The notes under the pieces were generated by a model. The model saw nothing but the letters and a program-made list of their open reading frames with translations. It was not told where the DNA came from and searched no databases. A DNA stretch of 64,000 nt, from positions 62,001 through 126,000 of the forward strand of contig NIVC01002488.1 in NCBI GenBank assembly GCA_002269645.1. Direction: 5' to 3'. The translations under genes and the position numbers were made by a program. The DNA comes from Macrostomum lignano. Lineage: Eukaryota. Positions 22,501 through 32,338 of the stretch are shown piece by piece. The stretch's first letter is position 1; each line of letters opens with the position of its first letter.

Positions 22501-23380
22501 CGACATCGGCGGAGTGGTAAAGCAGCTGAGGAGACTCGTGAGACCTCCGCAGTCAGAGAAGTTCTATTTTCACCCGTTCACTCTGCTGCCTCTGACAGCA
22601 CCGCCTGCTGTCACGGAGATCAGGAAAGGACGTGGCTCTCAACAATTGTACTGCAAGTTCGCAGATGTGTACAGTTTGGTGCACCAGTGTGTAAGTGAGC
22701 TGCAGTCGGAATCGAGCGACAGAGACACCCTGATGAAGCACCTCAGTCTCCTGCATGAGCAGCAGTGGTGCAAGTGCGCCGCCTTGTGCATGACCGCCAT
22801 GGCGCATTTGAAGTTTGGAGAATCTGAGGAGGCTGAGAGACTCGCGATGGAGCTGCAGAGACATCAGATTGAGTCAGGGTTGAAGCCACAGGATATTCGA
22901 GAAGAGAGCTGGTGGAACATTACTCGTACAAAACTGCCAGAAGACTCAGACTGGGCATGGAGGTTCTGCCTCCCCTGCGACTCTTCGCCTCACTTCCCGT
23001 TCCTTCCCGAGTTCACACAATCTCTATTCACAGCCAGACTGTCGCAGCCTCTCGCCTCCCACCTGTACGTGAACTTCCGCTGCCTGAGCTGGAGTCTCCA
23101 AGCTGAGCTGCTCCGCAATCGCGCACCTGCAATCGCATTCGATCATTGGATTGAACAGCTGCTTGAAGACCCGGACTTGGAGGAGCTGCTCACTCTGGCT
23201 CACTACAGCGACTGCTGCGAGCACGTGGAGCTCAGCCTGCAGCAGATGGAGATGATCAAGAAAGAGAGACGCGTCGCCATAGAGACGCAGGACGAGGAGA
23301 AGATCAGCTGGGTCAGACAGAAGCTGGAGAGACTTAATGATGCAGTAGCCGAAGTCCATCGGTCGGAAAAGGAAGGCTGA
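9540..23380 (+). CDS. Predicted 9-exon gene (8820 nt CDS, 2939 aa): unknown N-domain, ankyrin modules, 42x33-aa ankyrin-like array, Mab-21/cGAS-like nucleotidyltransferase
   Basis: Exons 9540-10567, 10923-10986, 11176-11762, 11846-11879, 12084-12478, 14339-19174, 20281-20334, 20536-20900, 21924-23380. All eight introns are GT..AG and phases match (2,0,2,0,2,2,2,1). The weakest junction is the acceptor at 14338. Confidence 0.7.
10923..10986 (+). CDS. Exon 2: short linker (ETSCCTEEGQTVPSFEDAQLS)
   Basis: tttttcAG acceptor and GTAGGT donor. It converts phase 2 to phase 0, as needed to join exons 1 and 3. Confidence 0.7.
11176..11762 (+). CDS. Exon 3: ankyrin repeat module A
   Basis: ttttccAG acceptor. 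Canonical ANK motifs GADV..DSRGHSVLHCAV and ADPNSRDEDGLTPLQLAV. Donor GTATGT. Confidence 0.85.
11846..11879 (+). CDS. Exon 4: short linker (SKYGLSNEAVQ)
   Basis: cctttttAG acceptor and CAG|GTAATT donor; phase 2 to phase 0. Confidence 0.65.
12084..12478 (+). CDS. Exon 5: ankyrin repeat module B
   Basis: RTPLMWAA, DLDGNSSLHLAAASNNIEVAALLLLHGADV. Ends at CG|GTAAGA; the alternative is termination at TAA 12480-12482. Confidence 0.85.
12790..13205 (+). mobile_element. hAT-like MITE with a pyrimidine-rich core (in intron 5)
   Basis: Begins CAGGGGTCGCAAACT. Its 3' end (ggcctgcag..tctttatatagcctttg..gccaatccc) resembles the reverse complement of 30791-30865. Confidence 0.45.
14339..19174 (+). CDS. 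Exon 6: 41 full plus 1 capping 33-aa (99-bp) ankyrin-like repeats, followed by canonical ankyrin repeats
   Basis: 1569-aa ORF with no stop across about 4.1 kb of tandem repeat. C-terminal DSTGATALMLAA and DSQGRTALSRAC ankyrins. Ends at AG|GTGAGT. Confidence 0.9.
20281..20334 (+). CDS. Exon 7: 54-nt symmetric linker exon (SSKAEQAAAHCLDSGLH)
   Basis: Strong acceptor ctttctccttcccttgcAG, strong donor GTGAGT, open in phase 2-2. Confidence 0.65.
20536..20900 (+). CDS. Exon 8: N-terminal lobe of a Mab-21/cGAS-like nucleotidyltransferase
   Basis: TGSYAEG (G at 20699) and DSDID (Asp codons at 20765 and 20771) match the GS and D-h-D metal-binding motifs of the pol-beta/cGAS fold. Confidence 0.85.
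21924..23380 (+). CDS. Exon 9: Mab-21 domain plus helical C-terminal extension
   Basis: HLVRA, ELRVSFSFQEK, LIKFIFK, LKTYHAKTLLF and CMPHFF match the Mab-21/cGLR patterns HLVP, WRxSFSxxE, SYHxKTxxF and PHxF. Stop TGA at 23378-23380. Confidence 0.9.
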
Positions 23381-26345
23381 GTCAGACTGACTGTCTGGTG
23401 CGGTGTTCGATGCTGACACAATTTTCATTTACTTTGGTTTTGTTCAATCAAACTGTTTATTCTGCTGCATGCTGGCTTGATGAGGGTTCTGCGTATTCTG
23501 CCAATTTCTGTCTAATTTAGCAACTTAAATGCTGCTTTGGTTTGTCTGCTTTTCAGGAAATGAGCACATCGAGAGCCATCGAGTAGGAGTAGCCCTTCTG
23601 CTATTATCTGCAAATTGGTACACTTGTTCTGCAATTCAATTCACACACTGCATGCTAAATCGTTTTTTTCCGTTCAAACTGCGCATCTGCTTTGATGTGG
23701 ACTTTTCTCTGAGATTTTGTTCTGTATTCTTCAATACTTTTTAAGAGGTTTTTTAGGCTAAATGTACAGGCAGTAATTATCAGCATGAACCTTGAAAGGT
23801 CTTAGGGTCAGCTGGGTCGGTTCGAAGCAGGAAAAGCTTGCTTCAGGAAAAAGCAAGAAGGTTCAACCATGCTGTCGCTAAATATTATGCATCACTGATC
23901 AGTGACCAATCGCTCAAAGATCGATGCCTCTCGGATTGCTCTGAAGCTAGTGAATACTTAGCCTGTTGGATTAGTGCTGCTGAAATAACCTTTTTGATGG
24001 CGTAATGAAAAAGACTTATTTTCCAGTGACGTCAATTAACGTCAGTTTCGTCGGTGGACATGAACAAGTTGCAAGGGTAGCTTGTAACAAAGATGTTTGA
24101 GTAGACAACTAGGATACATACTCAAGTCATCCAATTAGCTTGTGCATATACTCGTACATGTAATTGCATGCTTGCTTTTTGTAATTTACTTTCTGTCGCC
24201 GGTTAGATACACTGCAGTGCAGATCTAACTGGCTTTGTTGTTCTCATGCATGGATTGCTGCATGCTTCCCACACCATCCTAGCGCAACTTACATGTATTC
24301 TCTGCTTTCGACGTTTATCTCTTGTAACTCATCTGTTTGTGTTTGCTTAATTTATCGCTGAGTTAGTTTATTTTTCGCTTCTCGGATCTCGGAAGTTTCA
24401 AATCTTTGGAGATATCAATTCGTGTTACATTGCCTGTTTCAGTTGAATCCGCTATGGTGTCATCATCGTGTGGTAGCACTGACGTTTAAAATATACAGCG
24501 TATATCCTCCTGCTTTGATTTACTAGTACTGTGCATGCTATGTTGCAGTTAAAATTCTATTTTTGTGTCAATAAGCATGCATGTGCCTGCGCCAGTTGTT
24601 TCTTGTATACGTTTTACTCCGCAGCAGTTACTTCCCTTAACAATCTCAGTTGATCAGTAAAGTAAGGTGCATTGTTTGTCGTAGCATTTGGGACATATCC
24701 ACAGGATTCAGGAACACCCCATATAACTTTCACCAGCCTCTCCCAGCTCCTTGGCTACGCCCCTGCCTGTGATCCTGATCACAAACGGTTGATGAAACAC
24801 TTGGGGCAACTAGAAATGATCGACTCAAAAACTCATCGAATGACTAGATAGTTGTTGCTATGATGCATTACATGCATTCCTGCGTGGCATTGATGCACGC
24901 ACAGACAAACAATGTATCTCGTAAATAAAGTGCGTACATGTACGTCTGTGCTGCGTGACAGCAGCTGGTTTAGGGTGCTTATTAACTGTTGCTGAGTGCA
25001 TGTACTCGTAATGTTCCACTATTGCATGTACATATAGCTATCTGGTAATATAATAGATTTTTTGCAAAATCTTAAATATTCTGAACAACTTCCATGTTTG
25101 TATTAATTTACCACTCTTTTCGTTAAAAATTCCATAATCATTTTAAATATGTGCAACCCGAGTTAAGAATATTACGTCACCTTTACTATGTATTAGAGGA
25201 TTATGTTTGGGTACAATACGCACTATCTTTTACTTCTTGGGCTAGAAGGTGTCGGAATGTTTATCTAATTTTTTGTACATGTACCTTGAAATTACTTGTG
25301 CTGTATTCGTATTTTGCTGATTCAGCGTCTTGTTTTAACCTCCCTTACTACTTTTTAAATATAACGACTCGTGATTACATGAGCCTCTGCACACGCCTTC
25401 GTGTGTTTTCTTACTTCTATAGCTGAATACTGTGAACCGCATGAAAAATGCAAGGACCACAAATAGCTAATTTATACTCGTAGTTGGTAGTCCTTGGAAG
25501 AATGTAAAGAGCCACGGGCCCTATTCGCATGTAACTCCATAATGATTTGATTTGACTCACGCTCGACCACATATACCACATGTATAGACTAGATACATGT
25601 TGTACGTTGGCCTTCATATTTTTTCGTGTGTAGCACTCGTCGAATTCACGCACCGGCCGGATGAGGGCCGATGAGGCCAGAGCCTCCAGATCGTCGACAG
25701 TCGAATTGATTCGCGGCGTGCCCAGCATCATCAACCTACTAATTACAGTAATAAGGAGAGCGGACGAAATAGCACCTAAACCTAAAAGAATCTCGGATCG
25801 CTACTGTATAGAAGTCGGCATGGCAACCATAAGCAGCAAAAGAACCGCGTGCGTCAAAACGCTATTCCAAACTGCTTAGTCACATCTCCTGTTAATTTTC
25901 CCCTAGAGTCTAGATGCAGAGTATCTGAATTCGATTTTGAATCTCTCTTTTTCCGCATTGTTTTTGTTTAAACAAGCGAGTGCTTCGAGGAAAATTCGGC
26001 CGCAGAAATTGAAATTCGCCCCTGTAATAAAATTGATGCCGATATAAGCGTTAGAAATTTGAAAGAAGGTCATCCAAAACCAACCAAAAGCATCCACCAG
26101 ACCATTTTAGATAAAGTGCAGCCCGTAGCGATCGAGATGAGCGCGACACGGCCTGTCGGAGCTGGAGTGCGACGGCAGGGATCGGGGGATCGGGCACGCC
26201 CAACTCTGGCGACCAACCACGCAGTAAAAGTACAGTAAAATATAAATCGAATACAAATACAAGTAGCACACGATGCGAAATACGAGCTAACTTGATTACT
26301 TTTAAAAACATACGCAGATACATTACACCAGTGGCACGGAAGTCT

Positions 26346-27402
26346 CTTTGGTCGCTGCTGTCCAGGAAGGGACACTCACCAGCCCACCCCCACTCCACTA
26401 TACGAGTTTAGGGGCGTTTTTTCAAGCCCAGAGCGGGGGGAGTTTTAAAATTTCTCGGGACTGAGTGCAATGATCGAGGGCCCATCTTTGCACAAATTTA
26501 CGCATTTATTAGACACTGCTTGCTTTTGCTTGCCACTTTATGCCTATATGATAGTGTGCACGGACATGATGAAGCTTCACTATCTAAGCTTCTAAGCTAA
26601 TCTAAGCTTGCTATCTGAGAATAGAAAGAACCATCCACACAGCCTGAGCTTCTGGAAAAATGGATCTCCGCGACTTCCCCGAAAGTGGAAAGCAGCAGAG
26701 TTGAAGAAGTTGCGCAGCGATCCAAAGCACAACTACCGGATCTGCTCACTGCATTTTTCAGAAAGGCTGTCTGTAACCAATTCTCAGGACTCCAACTCGA
26801 TCGAGCCGTGTAAGCGCTCCGCGTTTGCAAATGCATGCAAATGGACAACCAAAGCAGCTAGAAAATCGACGCTTGAGAATTCTATCCCGTACCTGAGGAG
26901 TGCATCTTTCCAAACTTGCCATCCTGCTTGAGCATCCAAACGTGCCATCCTGCTTGAGCAAAACTGTACCTGAGGACGACCTACCACCATGGCACCTACT
27001 CAGACTTGACGAGAGAGTGCTTAATTACTATACGCGTCGCTACAAGGATAAGGCAGAATAAACTCTTCGAAAGCAATGTTATAGGGGCTTCCATGATCTA
27101 CTGGCGTTCGAGCTCTCCGCCACAAAGGGTAGCAAAATTTATTTTTGCACTAAAGAAACGACAGCTTCGTGAATAATGCAACCAAACATAGTAGATACGG
27201 ATCATAAATTTCTGAATGTTTTGCGTTCAATGATGCAAACCGCATCTTTCGATGACTTTTACTCATAAATTTATCAGTCATAGAAATGAAAAATAATCGC
27301 GTTTTCCTTTTCATTCAATGCAATTTAATTCGGCTTTTGCCCCTTAACTTGTATGCTGCCTAAACTAAGTGTTCCTTCCTGGGGAGCGCAGCGAGCCAAT
27401 AG
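26346..27402 (+). mobile_element. Decayed THAP-domain element bounded by imperfect ~33-bp inverted repeats
   Basis: Frameshifted THAP motifs at about 26635-26990: PELLEKWISA, YRICSLHF, VPEECIFPNLPSCLS. Inverted repeats at 26346-26376 and 27368-27402. Confidence 0.55.
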
Positions 27403-28535
27403 GATTCTAGATCTGCCAGTGGCGTAGCTAGGAGTTTGAAATGGGACTGGGGAAAAACTGCAAAGGTCAAAGTCACAGTCAATTAAATTTTTTTATGTAA
27501 TTTTTTGCGGTAAAAATGCACTAAAAAGTACTTGTAGCATTATTTATAGGCTAAAAAACTTCAATTTGTTATAATCAAAAAAACCCGTTAGACATGTGTC
27601 TTAACTCAAATAACTTGAGTTAAAATTAGGAATAAAAATTAAAATCACATTTTACTAGTACATTTATACTTATTAGCTTTTTTAACAGAGACCGCAGTTT
27701 TTATCAAGTTTCACTCATGGACAACTAGAGTAGAAGGACGCTACACTCGGCTTTCGTGGAAATCGGGCTGGAGGCCAAATTTTCGCGTAAATACACTAGC
27801 GAGATAGAAGAATATATTATTTTTCATGCGAAATAGGCAGCTAAATTTGAGTCCAGTCCAAGAAGCAGTGAAGTTCTTATTTTGATATAAGTTGAAAGAG
27901 TTATTACTTTGTTGAATTTTATATGGCTTTCATCGCGAAAGTGTAGCATTCTATTTTTTCATTTACATTATAACTATAGGCCTAATTATAAGGTATAGGC
28001 TACTCTACTCTAGTAGGCCTGTGGCCTATCTAGTAGTATAGTATTCCCTACTATTATTATTAGGCTCTGCATGTCTACTGTATTCAGTAATGGACAATTA
28101 CCAAGCCAGTCTATACATCCTATCTGTAGCTAGTAGATCTTAAATCTCATGCCTATAGCCTATGATCAATATACTTAGTATATTACAAGAATTGCAATCT
28201 AGAGTGTTATGGATATTCATTCATTCAAGCATACAAACCCAACCTTAGAGATTTCGTATATTTAGATAGGGTAGCTTTAATTTTTGTTTACTTTGATTTG
28301 AAATGCTTGTTTTATAATAGAAAACTATTGATTTGTATCTATGCTATCTATGTAGACTCTAACTCAGATGTCAGACATCCCAACATAATCATTACCTTTA
28401 AGTTTGATTTACTTTGAATTGTAACTGATGTAGGCCTATGAATATGATAATATCATATTTATATACCATTTAATGTCTTATGGCCAATTGTCATTGATTA
28501 TATATATATCTGACAAGTTGGCTACTTAGTGGTAA

Positions 28536-28919
28536 CGAAGAGCTTGCGTGCACGGCAGCCGTTCACGTGGGCTCAGAATTGCGTGCACGGCAGAGCTGTA
28601 TCTTATAGGCCTATACAGTAAGTCATAGCTATTCAAATAATATTCAAATTAACAAAAAAGCAATGAATTAAGATTACATTGGGTGTACATGGTGTACGTG
28701 GGATAAAACATAAAACAATATAGTAACAATAACTTTTTAATTAGTTATTGTTTAATTTAAGGGCCCCAGTCCTGGCCATTTACTGGCTGCCATGCATGCA
28801 ATTTCAACACTAGATGAACGGCTGCCATACATGCAAATAAAGCACTAGTTAGATAGTCGCCGTGCAGTGCACGCAATTCTGAGCTTGCGTGAACGGCTGC
28901 CGTGCACGCAAGCTCTTTG
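28536..28919. mobile_element. Mutator-like MITE (384 bp)
   Basis: About 55-bp TIRs (aagagcttgcgtgcacggcagccgttcacg...) and a 9-bp direct repeat TAGTGGTAA at 28527-28535 and 28920-28928. Confidence 0.75.
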
Positions 28920-29344
28920 TAGTGGTAACTGGGGAACCTGCATGGACAATCGAAGTCATTCATCTTTATTGCCTTTTTGCTTTAAAATTATAGTATTGTT
29001 TGTTTCATTGTTGATATAGTTCTGATACAATTCATGTAGAGTATTGTTATATTTATCTCAATTGCTTCTAACTCTTGGATATATCTGAAAACTTTCGCCT
29101 TTAAATCTATGTAAAAGCCTACGAGTATAATATACACATTTGCACTTGTTTTTATACAGCTTTTATAAGCTGATTATGCATCAGATATTTTACTGATGGC
29201 ACAAGATAAAAGAATTTACTAGAAGGGAGCTGTGGCTTGTGTGGCCTAATGGGTCTGTTTTGACTTTCGACTGCATTATTTTCTGACTGATTATAGTTTT
29301 CCATACATGTTCAGTGCCGATTAATAGCAAAGATGAGCATTAAT

Positions 29345-30265
29345 TGTTTTTACTAGAGCCAACAAATTTCTGAGCAACCTAGTGAAAGAATTTTTAGTTT
29401 TCATGCAGCCAATCAAGAGATATTGACTTTTGAATTTTGGCCTCCAGCTAATTTTACATGATTCGCGAGTGTAGCGTCTTTCTACTCTAGTTGTTTCACT
29501 GCATATTTTACAGAATATTTTCAGGTAACGTTTTCTGCGAAAATCTGGGTAAATTTTCACACTTTACCCATGGCATTGGGAAACTCGGAATTCGTGGAAA
29601 TATCATTAAAAAATTATCTGCTACATATAAAAATCAAAACTCTGTGTGTGTGTCTGTGTGTGTGTCTGTGGACAATTTTGATCGCTATGGACTCCCAAAC
29701 TGCTCAACCAAATGACACCAAACTTTACACCCACCCTAAACGTATTACGGAGAATGTCTTAGGCTACCTTTAAATTTCCTAGACTCAAGTCTTCTTGCCT
29801 AAAAGTACAAAAAACTGCTCAAAATGCGCGATTTTTTCACTTAATCCTCCATAGCGCCGCTCCACTTCTAACAATTCTCTTCAAATTTGACACAAAAAAT
29901 CTTAAACTATTTTAGCATAATCATGTAAAATTTCGAGTCTTAAAGTTAATCCTGAGCGATGCTGTGCACTTTTAAAGTTAGGCTGTTTTTTTCAGCGTAG
30001 CAACCACCCCAACCTCCGCCCGCCTGCCTCTCTTCCCGATCTGGGCCTAGATGTGTAAAAGGGTTTCAAAATTGACTAACTTTCAGCTGCCATAAGTTTG
30101 CTCCAAGTAAAGCGATTGACTTCAAACTTGACATAAATCTTTATTGACTTATTCTCTGTTTAAATGTAAAGTTTCAACTCTCTAACTCAATCAGAACAGA
30201 AACTGTAAACATGTAAAGTTTGTCTGCTTTTTCTGTTGTTTGTGCCACTCACTCACTCATTCCCC
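29345..30265 (+). mobile_element. Possible Helitron/DINE-like non-autonomous element(s)
   Basis: Segment ending cgagtgtagcgtctttctactCTAGt (about 29425-29495) also occurs inverted at about 27720-27790. An internal (GT) microsatellite is followed by ggacaattttgatcgc..aactgctcaacc..accaaactttacac. Confidence 0.3.
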
Positions 30266-30790
30266 CAGAGCCAGATGAAGGGTCAGGCGATAGGGCTCAA
30301 TGTACATAGCGAATGTACAGTGTTTTGGAATAACTTTTTAATAGCCTTCTGTACCCCCGCGAGTGGAGAGGAGAGAGTTTAGCGAGAGATTCAATTTCAA
30401 ACCACTGTCCTCTAAATAGACAAGTCTGCAGCAGTTAAACAAGGATGGCAAATCAAGGCAGTGTGGGATGGTTTGTAAAAATATTGAAAAATTAATGAAT
30501 AACTGATTACAATGCAATCCTACTAAATTAGTTAGTTCCAGCATGAAGCTTTTAACATTAAGATTCACAAGGTAACTTTAAAATTTAAATGGCTACGAAG
30601 AAATGCGTATTTCCTTGGTTGTTAGACTGCTGCAGACTGTGGTGGTGGAGCCAGAGAATGGAGATACACAAATTCCTCTCAGGGCTACTAATTGGCCAGA
30701 AAGATGACGCGATTAAAGCATGAGAAATGATAACAAATAACAACCATGATAGTATTACTTCCCATCCCATGCACAAACTGGCTTTCGAAG

Positions 30791-31220
30791 CAGGGATCGG
30801 CAGATTTTTATCTCAAAGGCCAGATAAAGAATCCAGCTCATGGCTGCGGGCCAGATGAGAGTAAAAAGGAAAAGGAATAGACTATTAGAAAGGGAGGAGG
30901 GGTGAGAGGGGATAAGAGAGCAGATAGAAGATAACAGGAGAGACAAGGGGGTTGAGGAGAGAGCAGAGAATATGGGACGAAGAAGCGAGAGGGGGGAGAG
31001 AGAAGGGAGACGAAATAGTAGAGGTGAGAAGATGGAGAGAGAAGAGGGGAGAGATGAGACAGAGGATCGATGAGAGAGGAGAGTGGAGAAGAGTGAGAAG
31101 AGATGAGAGATGAGAGAACAGAGAGGCAAATGAGAGAGGATCGAGAGGAGAGATTAGAAAGGATAGAGAAGAGAGGAGATAAGAGGGGGAGAGAGAGGAG
31201 TGAGAAGAGAGGAGATAAGA

Positions 31221-31292
<72 letters not shown>

Positions 31293-32338
31293 GAGAAAGG
31301 AGAGATGATAGAGTAAAGGGAAGAGGAGGAGAGAAAAAAGAGATGAGATGAGAGAGATGAGAGAGATGAAAGGAAAGATGAGAGATGAAGGAAGAGAGAG
31401 CAGAGTGCAGAGAGACGAGAGAAGAGAATAAAGGGGAGAGAGTATAGAAGAGGGAAGAGAAGAGAGGAGTAAGGAAAGAGAGGAGTCAGAAGAGGGGAAA
31501 GAGAAGAGTACACAGTAGAGAGGAGAGTAGAGATGACAGAAGAGAGAGGGAAATGAGAGAGCAAAGATGAGAGTGAACAGACGATATAATTGAGAGGAGA
31601 GAGGAGAGTGGAGAGAGAAGAGAGAAGACAAGAGAGGGAGAGAGTATAGAAGAGAGAAGAGAAAAGATGAGAAGGAAGAAGAAAGGAAAGAGAGTCCTGA
31701 GTCAAAAAGGGGAAAGAGAGGAGTACAAGAAGAGAGAGGTGAGAGAACATATGAGAATAAAGATGACAGATGAGAGAGGGGAGATGAGAGAGCAGAAACC
31801 AGAGTGAACAGACAAGAGATGGGAGAGTAGAGAGAAGAGAGGAGAGATAAGAAATAAGAGATGAGATGTGGAGACAAGGGAGAGATGAGAAGTGAGTGAA
31901 GAGAGAGGAGGGGAAGGGAGAGAATTGAGAGGACAGGGGAAATTGGTGAAAAGGACGAGAGAGGAGAGGAAAGAGAGGAGAGATTAGTGAGAAGAGAGAT
32001 AGGACAGGAGAGAGCATAGAGAAGAGAGGAGAGAGAGAAGAGAAATGAGAAAAGATAAGAGAGAGAGAGAAGATAAAAGAAGAGAAATGAGATATAAGAG
32101 AGCAAAGACGAGAGAGAAGGGAGGTGAGAGAAAAGAATAGAGGGAGAGGGAAGAGACGAGAGAAGAGGGGAAAGAGGAGAGAGGACAGAGAAGAGAAAAA
32201 AGAAGAGATAAGAGGAGAAAAAGAGGAGACGAGAGACGTGAGAAAAGATAGGAAACAGAAAAGAAGATGAAAGTTTTAAAGGATGCAAAGTACATAGGGA
32301 GAGGCAGAGGTAGAGGCCAGAGTTTGCCTGACATTCTG
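30791..32338 (-). mobile_element. hAT-like MITE with an expanded ~1.4-kb GA/CT low-complexity core
   Basis: Ends cagggatcggc and gagtttgcctgacattctg resemble CAGGGGTCGGCAAACT termini; related to 12790-13205. Core is almost pure purine on the + strand with (GA)n at about 31226-31290. Confidence 0.45.

Noticed and set aside
25630-26230. GC-richer coding-like patches (LMMLGTPRINSTVDDLEALASSALIRP; WSPELGVPDPPIPAVALQLR)
   Set aside because: They are short, match no recognisable family, and no consistent exon chain could be built.
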